Shown: positions 8,982 to 18,113 of the stretch, piece after piece | Numbering within the stretch: position 1 is the first letter of the stretch | How the letters are laid out: the number at the start of each line of letters is the position of its first letter | Notes under the pieces: generated by a model | Told to the model about the DNA's origin: nothing | Database searches by the model: none | The model's input: only the letters and a program-made list of their open reading frames with translations | Assembly: GCA_046045965.1 (NCBI GenBank) | Contig: JBJOKS010000022.1 | Coordinates: forward strand, 1-64,000 | Direction of reading: 5' to 3' | From: Cyanobacteriota bacterium | GTDB taxonomy: Bacteria; Cyanobacteriota; Cyanobacteriia; Cyanobacteriales; Nostocaceae | DNA length: 64,000 nucleotides | Program-made: the position numbers and the translations under genes

Positions 8982-10346
8982 TTGCTTTTTAACCCTGCAT
9001 TGTGTCGTAATGAAAGCGAAGTTGAGAGTAAACTCATAGTTCAATATTTGCTACCGCAGTTAGGGTATACTCCTGATACATGGCATCAGGAAGTAGCTGT
9101 TGGTAGCATTCGCTTAGATTTTTTAGCATTTTCAGCACAGTCCATTCCCTTTGTGTTAGATGCTGACTCACCGTTAAGTGTAGTGATGGAGGCAAAAAGC
9201 CCAAAGCAAAATTTAGACCATCATGTTTTACGACTACGGCATTATTTAACGAGTTTAAATGTGCGCTTTGGGTTGTTAACTAATGGTAAGGAAATCAGAG
9301 TTTATCAAAAGATAGGGAATGAAATTGAGTTAGTTTTTCGATGTGATGGGAATGATGTTGAAGGAAAGATTGAGGAAATTAGGGGGTTAATTGGTAGAGA
9401 AAGTTTGAAGAATAGGCAGTTAATTGATCGGTTAGAGGTTCAAGTTTCACAGTTAGAATCTAATAAGGAGCATTCTATGAAGACTATTGCAATTTATCAC
9501 AATAAGGGTGGAGTTGGTAAGACAACCGTTGCAGTAAATTTAGCAGCAGCATTGAGTAGCAAAGGTAAAAGAGTCTTATTAATTGATTTAGATTCTCAGG
9601 CTAATAGTACATTTGCGACAGGTTTGATCAAGTTCCAATTTGAGGAAGATGATAATTTACGAGATCAAAATGTTTCACACATATTAGAATCTGCTGATTT
9701 TAATTTCATACCGGAAATAATGCAACAATCTAATTATTTTAATAATCCAGAAATAGATGTTGTACCATCCCATATTAACCTTATTGATAAACAGGACAAA
9801 TTAAACCAAATAGCTGTAAGTAGAAGCAGATTAATTTCCAAACTCAAACCAATAGAAAATCAATATGATATCGTTATCATTGATACACCTCCATCAAGAG
9901 ATTATTACGCAGAAGTCGCTTTGATAGCTTCTGATTATCTACTCATACCTTCAGATTTAAAACCATTTGCTAATCAAGGTTTACCAACTGTGAAAAACTT
10001 TATTAAGCAAATAGATGAATATCGAGAAATGATTGGAAAACCTCCAATCAATATAATCGGTGTTGTTGCTTCTAAAATTTCAACTAATTCCAAGTTTTTG
10101 CAATACACATTTCCCAAACAAAGAAGCGTTATATCTGAACGGTATGATTTACCATTGATGGAAGCAGTGATTTATGATAGAAGTTCTCTATCAGAATGTA
10201 TGAATTATACCTTAACAGTTGGAGAGTTAGAATATCCTGATCCAAAATCAATTATTAAATTTGCACAAACAAAAACTAATGCTCAACAATCTGCACTAGA
10301 ATTTGAAATTTTAGCAGATGAAGTTTTACAAAAAATAGGAGGTTAA
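8982..10346 (+). CDS. HsdR-N-like (PD-(D/E)XK) nuclease domain fused to a ParA ATPase
   Basis: N-terminus ESEVE..LGY..RLDF..VMEAK..GLLTNG; C-terminus KGGVGKTT, IDLDSQAN, IDTPP. Confidence 0.8.
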   Translation: MLFNPALCRNESEVESKLIVQYLLPQLGYTPDTWHQEVAVGSIRLDFLAFSAQSIPFVLDADSPLSVVMEAKSPKQNLDHHVLRLRHYLTSLNVRFGLLTNGKEIRVYQKIGNEIELVFRCDGNDVEGKIEEIRGLIGRESLKNRQLIDRLEVQVSQLESNKEHSMKTIAIYHNKGGVGKTTVAVNLAAALSSKGKRVLLIDLDSQANSTFATGLIKFQFEEDDNLRDQNVSHILESADFNFIPEIMQQSNYFNNPEIDVVPSHINLIDKQDKLNQIAVSRSRLISKLKPIENQYDIVIIDTPPSRDYYAEVALIASDYLLIPSDLKPFANQGLPTVKNFIKQIDEYREMIGKPPINIIGVVASKISTNSKFLQYTFPKQRSVISERYDLPLMEAVIYDRSSLSECMNYTLTVGELEYPDPKSIIKFAQTKTNAQQSALEFEILADEVLQKIGG

Positions 10347-10351
10347 TTGAG

Positions 10352-11101
10352 ATGAAATTTTATACAGTTGATGTCAAAAATATTAGTTGTGATGTTCCGC
10401 GTTCTAACTTTGATCATCATGCCTTAGATACCTTAGCTGATATGATTATAGAGGGTGGGGGACTTATTAAACCTTTAGTTTTAAAACCTACTGGTTTAGA
10501 AACTTTTGCAGTGATTGATGGATATTTTGAATATTATGCTGCGGTGACTGCAAGAGAAAAAAATCCGCGTCAATGTGAAATGGTAAATGCGTTTGTTATT
10601 TCCCCAAAAATTGAAGATTTGGTTTTAAAGCAAGTTGAAGCTATTACCGGATTATTTACTTCTAATCAACCATCAACTACTCAACCTCAAATTACTCAAC
10701 CTCAAGTAACAAATTTAGATTCATCACGTCTCAATAACTTGGAAGTAAGACTAGAAAAAGTCATCAATGAGTTAAAATTAGAAATTGTACAGGAGAGAAA
10801 AAGAGTTGATGATAAGTTCAAGGAACTGAGTAATAATATTACGAAGCACCCAGAAAAAGAAAAGTCGTCTCAAGTAAATGATCCGCTAAAACTACTCAAC
10901 ACACTAACACAACAGGAATTATACCGCAAATTAAAAAATTCTCGAATCCCTACTCCTGAAGCAAAAGCTAAAGCTATTATAGAAGCAAGAAATAAAAAAC
11001 CCAATCAAGAATTTGAAGATTATCGAGATGTAAAGATTTCTGTTAAAGGATTGGGAGAAATGGGAATACTAACCATCATTGATGAGTGGTCAAGAAATTA
11101 A
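10352..11101 (+). CDS. ParB/Srx-like N-terminal domain, coiled coil and helix-hairpin-helix C-terminus
   Basis: LADMI..GGLIKPLVL..F.VIDG...YAA resembles ParB-N; VKGLGE resembles HhH; GGAGG RBS in the 3' end of the upstream gene. Confidence 0.65.
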   Translation: MKFYTVDVKNISCDVPRSNFDHHALDTLADMIIEGGGLIKPLVLKPTGLETFAVIDGYFEYYAAVTAREKNPRQCEMVNAFVISPKIEDLVLKQVEAITGLFTSNQPSTTQPQITQPQVTNLDSSRLNNLEVRLEKVINELKLEIVQERKRVDDKFKELSNNITKHPEKEKSSQVNDPLKLLNTLTQQELYRKLKNSRIPTPEAKAKAIIEARNKKPNQEFEDYRDVKISVKGLGEMGILTIIDEWSRN

Positions 11102-11144
11102 CCTTTTCTTCCTTCGTGTTCTTCGTGCCTTCGTGGTTTATTTC

Positions 11145-11252
11145 CTCGTTCCCATACTCTGTATGGGAATGAATTTCAGAAGGCTCTGCCTTCATGATAA
11201 AGTAGAGGCAGAGCCTCTATCATAACATTCCCAGTCTGAGACTGGGAACGAG
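11145..11252. mobile_element. Composite palindromic MITE/REP-like element
   Basis: Termini CTCGTTCCCA...TGGGAACGAG with nested aggctctgcct/aggcagagcct and two terminal hairpins. Confidence 0.7.
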
Positions 11253-11269
11253 AAGAAAAAACTAAATAT

Positions 11270-12256
11270 TTATGTTGCTTCCCTGACCTGCTCAGTATAA
11301 TCTTTAGGACGCACCCGACGAAAAACCTCCAAAGCAAACTTCCTTAAACCCACAGGTAAATAAGACATCATCAAACCAAGCATGATTTTCTTATCACTTC
11401 CCAAAACCTGACTTGATGCTTTTAAAACCTTCCTACCTTCCACCGTATCACCATTTTCAATTAACCTTAAACCTAAAATTTGCTGAGTACCTGCTAATTT
11501 GTGCGATCGCAATTTCTCCAACTCTACATCATCAAATTTATAACTATCAATACAAAACATCTTAGCTTTCAAAAAATGCAAATTTTGTTTTAAACTTGTC
11601 TGTCCACCATGAAACCGATATTCCATCAAAAACTCAGGTAAAAAATACCCTTGTTTCCCAGCAATAGCTAACCTCACCAACAAGTCAAAATCCTCACATC
11701 CGTCAGCTTGAGGACGCATAAAATCTACTTCTACTAAACAACTTCGCCGAAATAAAGTAGAACCAACCTGCAAACTTTGGTTAATAAAAGTTTCCCGAAT
11801 TAAATCAGGAATCACCCCTTGTTTAAGTTTATCCTTTCCCCACTTCTTAGAATTTTCCAAAGTTGCAGATTCAACTCTTTCACTATTTTGATTAATAATC
11901 CAATGATTTGTACAAACAAAATCTACACTTGGTTCAGCATCCAAAACCGCCACAGTTTTCTCTAAAAATTCAGGAGTAATCGCATCATCATCATCAAATT
12001 TAATAAAATAATCTCCTGTAGCAGCTTCAAAACCAGAACGCATATTACGACTACGGCCACCATTAACAGGTTGTCTAATATAACGAATCCTGGGATCATC
12101 CCATTTATTAACTACTTCCGCAGTATTATCTTTTGAACCATCATCACAAATAATTAACTCAAAATCTGTGTAAGTTTGAGATAATACACTATTGACAGCG
12201 TAAGGAAGTAAATTTGCTCGGTTGTAAGTGGGGATACAAACACTAACTTTAGGCAT
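11270..12256 (-). CDS. Glycosyltransferase family 2
   Basis: VSVCIPTYNR, CDDGSKD, FDDDD, EDFDL. Confidence 0.92.
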   Translation of the reverse strand: MPKVSVCIPTYNRANLLPYAVNSVLSQTYTDFELIICDDGSKDNTAEVVNKWDDPRIRYIRQPVNGGRSRNMRSGFEAATGDYFIKFDDDDAITPEFLEKTVAVLDAEPSVDFVCTNHWIINQNSERVESATLENSKKWGKDKLKQGVIPDLIRETFINQSLQVGSTLFRRSCLVEVDFMRPQADGCEDFDLLVRLAIAGKQGYFLPEFLMEYRFHGGQTSLKQNLHFLKAKMFCIDSYKFDDVELEKLRSHKLAGTQQILGLRLIENGDTVEGRKVLKASSQVLGSDKKIMLGLMMSYLPVGLRKFALEVFRRVRPKDYTEQVREAT

Positions 12257-12458
12257 AATCAAAAAATTACTGTGGGAAATGTACTTTTTAAACTAGACTG
12301 ACTAAACTGTAATTTTACTGAAGACTCAGATAAATAACAAAACTTAAAGTATAAATTTGTATTTATTCAGGAGTCTAACGAAACATAGTGCTATTATATT
12401 TTGGTAAATCTACTCTATATACAAAGTCAGCAATTTTTACCATAAAATTACCAGGTAC

Positions 12459-13679
12459 ATGAATATCTTAATGTTATCTTCAACCTTCCCCTATCCACCA
12501 ACCAGGGGAGGAACTCAAGTTAGAACCTTTAATTTACTCAAGTATCTTAGTCAAAATCATCACATTACCCTGGTAACTCAACGGGAGTCTGATGTTACAG
12601 ACTCAGAAATTGCAGGTTTACGAGATTGCGTAAATCAGCTAGTTGTTTTTGAACGTCCTTCAGAATCAGCTAACTCAGCAGGAATACTCAAAAAAATCCA
12701 GCGATTAGGTACATTTTTTATCACAGGAACACCCCCCAGTGTCGTGAACCGCTATTCACTGGAAATGCAAGCATGGGTTGACAACTTTGTAAAATCCGGT
12801 AAATGTGATGTCATTACTTGTGAACATAGCGTTAATGAAATATACATCCGTCCTGATTTTCAACAGCAAGTAAAAACTATTGTTAATGTTCATAGTTCTG
12901 TCTATGGAACTTGTTTAAATCTGTTAGCAACTGGTACATCAGAAAATCAATTAAGAGACAAAATTAATTTACCTTTATTACAGCGTTATGAAAAAAATTA
13001 CTGTTCCAAATTTACCAATATTGTAGTTACAACCCAAGAGGATAAACAACAACTCCAACAGTTTAACAAAAACGCTGAAATTGCTGTCATTCCTAATGGT
13101 GTAGATTTAGTTTCCTTTCCTAATCGTCCTACAGATCCGGGAGGAAATCGGATAATTTTTATTGGTGCAATGGATAATTTAGCTAATATTGATGCGGTAT
13201 GTTTTTTCAGCAATGAAGTATTACCAGAAATTCAAAAACTCTATCCTGATACAACCTTTGATATTGTCGGTTCTCGTCCCGATCCTCAAGTTTTAGCACT
13301 TGGGCAAAAACCCGGAATTAATGTAACAGGTCGTGTACCATCAATGGCAGAATATCTACATAAATCTACTGTGTGTGTAGTGCCAATGCGGACAGGTTTT
13401 GGTATTAAAAATAAAACTCTAGAAGCGATGGCCGCAGGTATTCCAGTGGTGGGGAGCGATCGCGGTTTAGAAGGATTAGCTGTAGATGATATCAACACAC
13501 CAAGACGAGCATTAAGAGCAAATCAAACCGCAGAATACATAAATGCTCTTAGTCAAATTTTTGAAGATTCACAACTCAGACATCAACTTTCTATTAACGC
13601 CAGACAGTTTATAGAAACTAACTTTACTTGGGAAATTGCCGGAAAGCTTTATGAGCAAGTATGCTTAGAGATAAAGTAA
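12459..13679 (+). CDS. Glycosyltransferase family 4
   Basis: FPYPPTRGG, IPNGVD, GIKNKTLEAMAAG. Confidence 0.9.
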   Translation: MNILMLSSTFPYPPTRGGTQVRTFNLLKYLSQNHHITLVTQRESDVTDSEIAGLRDCVNQLVVFERPSESANSAGILKKIQRLGTFFITGTPPSVVNRYSLEMQAWVDNFVKSGKCDVITCEHSVNEIYIRPDFQQQVKTIVNVHSSVYGTCLNLLATGTSENQLRDKINLPLLQRYEKNYCSKFTNIVVTTQEDKQQLQQFNKNAEIAVIPNGVDLVSFPNRPTDPGGNRIIFIGAMDNLANIDAVCFFSNEVLPEIQKLYPDTTFDIVGSRPDPQVLALGQKPGINVTGRVPSMAEYLHKSTVCVVPMRTGFGIKNKTLEAMAAGIPVVGSDRGLEGLAVDDINTPRRALRANQTAEYINALSQIFEDSQLRHQLSINARQFIETNFTWEIAGKLYEQVCLEIK

Positions 13680-13708
13680 TTCTAATGACATTATAGGAGC
13701 TAACATCA

Positions 13709-13918
13709 ATGAGTAATTACATCCACTGTCCTCGTAATAGCGTCACACCCCATTCAAATAGTGAGCAAATAGCAGATACAGAATTATGTGATTTTTGTTG
13801 GTATGAATACTGCTTTTGTTGGTCTGAATACTGTATGGATGAGTGGTATGAGATACAGACACAACACAAAAATCAACAGTTGCAGGAAAAAACAGGCGAT
13901 CTCCAATCTCAGTATTAA
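13709..13918 (+). CDS. Small Cys/Trp/Tyr-rich hypothetical protein (69 aa)
   Basis: ATG preceded by AGGAG; non-random CDFCWYEYCFCWSEYC core. Confidence 0.5.
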   Translation: MSNYIHCPRNSVTPHSNSEQIADTELCDFCWYEYCFCWSEYCMDEWYEIQTQHKNQQLQEKTGDLQSQY

Positions 13919-14253
13919 AGCACTGATTTTATTCAGTCATTATGCTTTAAGGGTACGTCTTGAATCGCTTAATAATCGCCGTCCCTTTATTTAGGATGAG
14001 GTTTTACTCCTGACTCCTGCTATCTTTTTTGGAGTTCCCTCATATGGTTAATTGTTAAGTTTTGTAGCTTTACCTTAACTTAAAGTTATATAAATTTATT
14101 TATATATATATAATAATATAGTGATTATTGCTTAAAATTTAAATAAAGTTTGATTTCTTAGCAACTTAAAGATGCTATTAGTTTTCCCAAATTTGAATTT
14201 GAAGTAGTGGAATTTTTGACTCAATCTCTGCAAACAAGAAGTGGGAATCCAAG

Positions 14254-15417
14254 GTGAATCTAGAAATATTTGTCCAACGAGCAGAAGCATTACACCAGTA
14301 TTTAGCAGATTTATACCAAACTGCTGCCGTATTACCTTGGATTCCCTCGGATTTACTACCGCAAGCATTTAAAGAACTGTACACTACATCAAGAATGGTG
14401 CAATTAGCGACTGAAGAACTTTACCAGCAAAACGAAGAACTCATGCAAACCCGTAACTTGCTGGAAACACAACGCCAACATTACCAAGATTTATTTGAAT
14501 TTGCACCAGTAGCTTACTTAGTAACTGATCAACAAGGTATGATCACAGAAGCCAACCGATCTGCATCACAATTACTCAACATTACCCCAAATTTTCTAGT
14601 TGGTAAACCCATAATTAATTTTATTCCACGGGAACAACACGAATACTTTTACAACGAGCTGATCCAGATATCTAAATCTGAGCAATTCCGAGAAATATTA
14701 TTACCATTAAAGCCTCGTGATGGTGATTGCTTTGATGTCTCTTTGACAGTCAAATCTGTTTCACATCTGCATGAAAAATCTCCAAAATTACACTGCTTAA
14801 TCCGAAAACTTTCTCAACATCAGCAATTAGAATCAACAGCTATTCAAAACCACATAGACTTAATTGAGAATCGTCCTACAAGTAAATATTCCAAAGGAGA
14901 AACTATTCCCCTCAACCCATTATTAATTTGGTATGTTAGACAGGGTTTAGTTAAAATCAGTACATTTTGTGAAACAGGTGCAGAAATACTCACAGGGTTA
15001 GCAACAGCAGGAATGGTTTTTAGCTCTAGTATGACATCTCTACCGATTTACCAAGCTACAGCCCTTGCAGATGTTGAATTAGTCTCAATTTACCTATCAG
15101 AAATAGAAGTTTTCCCCTCTCTAAATGAAATTCTACTACCGAAGATTAAACAGCGATTACAACAGACAGAATCTTTTTTATTTATTGCTGGTAAGCGCAA
15201 AGTACAAGATAGATTATACCAGTTATTAGAACTTTTAAAACAGCAAATTGGTGAACCAGTACCAGGAGGAACCCGCCTCACTTTTCGCCTCACCCATGAA
15301 GATATTGCCAGTGCTTGTGCTACCACCAGAGTCACAATTACACGCTTACTCAGTCAACTCCAAGAACAAGGTATAATTAGCTTTGATGCTAAAAAACATA
15401 TTATTTGCAAAGATTAG
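14254..15417 (+). CDS. PAS-domain plus Crp/Fnr-type HTH transcriptional regulator
   Basis: YQDLFEFAPVAYLVTD.QG.I.EAN (PAS); LTHEDIASACATTRVTITRLL (Crp HTH). Confidence 0.88.
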   Translation: MNLEIFVQRAEALHQYLADLYQTAAVLPWIPSDLLPQAFKELYTTSRMVQLATEELYQQNEELMQTRNLLETQRQHYQDLFEFAPVAYLVTDQQGMITEANRSASQLLNITPNFLVGKPIINFIPREQHEYFYNELIQISKSEQFREILLPLKPRDGDCFDVSLTVKSVSHLHEKSPKLHCLIRKLSQHQQLESTAIQNHIDLIENRPTSKYSKGETIPLNPLLIWYVRQGLVKISTFCETGAEILTGLATAGMVFSSSMTSLPIYQATALADVELVSIYLSEIEVFPSLNEILLPKIKQRLQQTESFLFIAGKRKVQDRLYQLLELLKQQIGEPVPGGTRLTFRLTHEDIASACATTRVTITRLLSQLQEQGIISFDAKKHIICKD

Positions 15418-15540
15418 CTTTTCATCCCCTCTCTACTTCGTTGAGGGTGGGGCATTCGGTGGCTTATGGTAAATCGGCGTGGAAAAACCGAACTATATGA
15501 AGAAATAGGTGAAAACCTACCTCAAGGACTTCCCAGTCCC

Positions 15541-15575
15541 AAATAAGAAGAGGGGCGCTCCTCAACGCCCCATCT
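15541..15575 (-). terminator. Probable intrinsic terminator
   Basis: Minus strand GGGGCG-uugaggag-CGCCCC followed by UCUUCUUAUUU. Confidence 0.55.
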
Positions 15576-15830
15576 ATGCAATCAAATAACCGTGAGCCAA
15601 ATAATCCGAGGTTTTGGCAATTTGGCAGACAAAATTTTTCCGTTACCGTTTTAATGGAAATATCAACAAAAAGAACGGGACAGTTAAGGATTGTTCCGAG
15701 GGACGGATTGCAGCCAACCCTCAGAACTTACACTTACTCGCCAGTTGTTGATGAAGCACTGTACAACACCCCTATATGTTGTCGCAGTCCATTAACTTTG
15801 TCGCCGCTTCACTACAACTGGCTAAATATC
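15541..15830 (-). ncRNA. Candidate structured non-coding RNA
   Basis: Nested helices 15740-15822, hairpin 15693-15727 and a terminal hairpin in an otherwise AT-rich intergenic region. Confidence 0.35.
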
Positions 15831-15934
15831 TCACAGGACACATATAAATCTTTTAGCAGTTCATCCATGTTTTGGTTGGGCATTTTTTGATTTGACATTA
15901 GCAGTCTAAAAAAACATTTATTGATCATTAATTT

Positions 15935-16315
15935 TTAATCGCGTAGCATTTGCGAAATGATTTTATCGGCTTGCAATCTCTGATAAGTCAAGCGGATAAT
16001 ACTTGCCTCATCGAACAAACCACGAACATAACAGGCAAAACCCAGAGCATCCAACAACATCAAGGTACTAACACCTTCGTTAGCCAGAGATAAGATAAAC
16101 TCAGTCACCCCTGGCGCACTTGTATCTAATGGCATTGTCGCCAACAGGAAGCGCAGACAATCAGCAGATACAATAGTTCCTTCTAATTCTTTGCTATCCG
16201 TCGCTAGACGAACAATACCAACCATGATTTGATTTGGTGTCATTCCTTCTTCCATGAGAAGGACAAATAAAGATGCCAGACTGTCTGGAGTATGTTTATC
16301 GAGTTTGATATTCAT
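15935..16315 (-). CDS. Hypothetical protein (126 aa)
   Basis: ATG-started ORF with ordinary helical composition. Confidence 0.75.
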   Translation of the reverse strand: MNIKLDKHTPDSLASLFVLLMEEGMTPNQIMVGIVRLATDSKELEGTIVSADCLRFLLATMPLDTSAPGVTEFILSLANEGVSTLMLLDALGFACYVRGLFDEASIIRLTYQRLQADKIISQMLRD

Positions 16316-16661
16316 CGTGCTTATATATTTACGTGTAACAATAAACTCAAAATTTTTTGCAAATCCGGAAAATTTAAGCCAATTTTTTTACTTTCTAGAT
16401 GTGAAACAATAGTCACCAAGCAAGGCATAATTGCTGAGTGAAGGAAAGTCAGCAATATATTGAGAGAGAAAAGCAAATCTTAAGTCAGCAGAACTCCAAT
16501 ATTTGCCTAAATATCCGTTGAGAATTTCCAAAATAGTAGAAATCTCTTCCCTACACCCAGACTCAAGCAAGAAACTTTCTAGTTGACTGGTACAGCACAT
16601 TCCAAGTTCCAGGAAATACAAAATCTACTTACAAATCAATGCACCCAGGGGTTTGACTGCT

Positions 16662-16690
16662 GTAGGGGTTGAGCAATGCTGAAACCCTAC
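16662..16690. repeat. GTAG-type REP-like palindrome
   Basis: gtaggggttgagcaatgctgaaaccctac. Confidence 0.55.
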
Positions 16691-16789
16691 TGATCGCTGA
16701 TCGCTACCACAATTCCCGAATCTTAAATCATCAGGCAACATCTCGGCTGTGATCTGAGTCTCTTAATCAGGGAATTTCTGAGGTAGAAT

Positions 16790-17992
16790 GTGCGTCAACG
16801 GATAAAATCAGGGTTATTTGCAGTTATATTTATGCTGAGTATGGTAGCTGTAGTCATGCTATCCTTACCATTACAAGCTCAAACTACTCCTCAAAAGCAA
16901 ACATCTGAATTAAGGGGAGTGTGGTTAACAAATATTGATAGCGATGTTTTATTTGAGAGCCAACGCTTGCTAACATCTTTACAAACTCTACATAATTTAA
17001 ACTTCAATACCGTCTATCCAACGGTATGGAACTGGGGGTATACACTTTATCCTAGCAAAGTTGCAAATCAAGTAATTGGTAAATCCCTAGATCCCACACC
17101 GGGATTACAAGGACGGGATATGCTCAAAGAAATCGTCACAGAGGGACATAAACAAGGCTTAACAGTGATTCCCTGGTTTGAATTTGGCTTTATGGCTCCT
17201 GCTGATTCCCTTTTAGCCAAAAATCGTCCCCAATGGATTACTAGCCGCAGTGACGGCGGTAAAATTGTTAAAGAAGGTACACATGATCGGGTTTGGCTGA
17301 GTCCTTTTCGTCCCGATGTCCAAAAATTTATCCAAGATTTAATTGTAGAAATCGTCAAAAACTACGATATTGACGGGATTCAATTTGATGACCATTTCGG
17401 CTTACCATCAGAACTTGGTTATGATCCCTACACAGTAGCACTCTACAAAAAAGAACACCGTGGTAAAGCACCATCTAAAAACCCCAAAGATCCAGAATGG
17501 GTGCGCTGGAGAGCTAATAAAATCACCGACTTCATGAAACGGGTGTTTACAGCGATTAAAGCCAATAACAAGAATTGTATAGTTTCCGTTGCTCCTAATC
17601 CCCAAAGATTTTCTTATGAATACTTTTTAGCAGACTGGCAGAAATGGGAACGGATGGGATTAATAGAAGACTTGGTTTTACAGATATATCGTAATGACTT
17701 GAATGTGTTTGTCAGCGAATTAGAATACCCAGAAGTGAAAGCAGCAAGGAAACATATACCAGTGAGTATTGGTATTTTGACTGGGTTAAAAAATCGCTCA
17801 GTTCCCATGCAGCAGATTCAAACCCAAGTACAAAAAACACGCAATCGCAATTTTGCTGGAGTTTCCTTCTTCTTCTATGAAACCCTGTGGAACATCAGCC
17901 AAGAAAAAGCCCTAGAACGTCAAGCCGGTTTCCAAGAACTTTTCCCCACACCAGCAACTTATCCTAGTTTACTGGCAGGGTGGAAACCGTAG
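16790..17992 (+). CDS. Exported glycoside hydrolase-like 10 (DUF187) protein
   Basis: Signal peptide; ELRGVWLT, PWFEFG, YDIDGIQFDDHF. Confidence 0.88.
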   Translation: MRQRIKSGLFAVIFMLSMVAVVMLSLPLQAQTTPQKQTSELRGVWLTNIDSDVLFESQRLLTSLQTLHNLNFNTVYPTVWNWGYTLYPSKVANQVIGKSLDPTPGLQGRDMLKEIVTEGHKQGLTVIPWFEFGFMAPADSLLAKNRPQWITSRSDGGKIVKEGTHDRVWLSPFRPDVQKFIQDLIVEIVKNYDIDGIQFDDHFGLPSELGYDPYTVALYKKEHRGKAPSKNPKDPEWVRWRANKITDFMKRVFTAIKANNKNCIVSVAPNPQRFSYEYFLADWQKWERMGLIEDLVLQIYRNDLNVFVSELEYPEVKAARKHIPVSIGILTGLKNRSVPMQQIQTQVQKTRNRNFAGVSFFFYETLWNISQEKALERQAGFQELFPTPATYPSLLAGWKP

Positions 17993-17994
17993 GA

Positions 17995-18110
17995 GATGGG
18001 GTGATGGGGTGATGGGGTGATGGGGTGAATAACCTTCTACCTGTTCCCTGTTCCCTGTTCCCTGTTCCCTGTTCCCAGTCCCCAGTCCCCAGTCCCCAGT
18101 CCCCAGTCAC
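17995..18110. repeat. Short tandem repeats (GATGGGGT)n, (CCTGTTC)n, (CCCCAGT)n
   Basis: Directly visible STRR arrays between convergent genes. Confidence 0.9.
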
Positions 18111-18113
18111 CTA

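Noticed and set aside
15420..15456. IS200/IS605 end-like hairpin (cttttcatcccc...ggggcattc)
   Set aside because: Resembles 21016-21027 but is too short and has no partner end; may simply be a terminator
15576..15890. 104-aa ORF
   Set aside because: No RBS or family motif; overlaps the structured RNA candidate; not fully excluded
16388..16621. 77-aa ORF
   Set aside because: Alternative start codon, no motif or RBS
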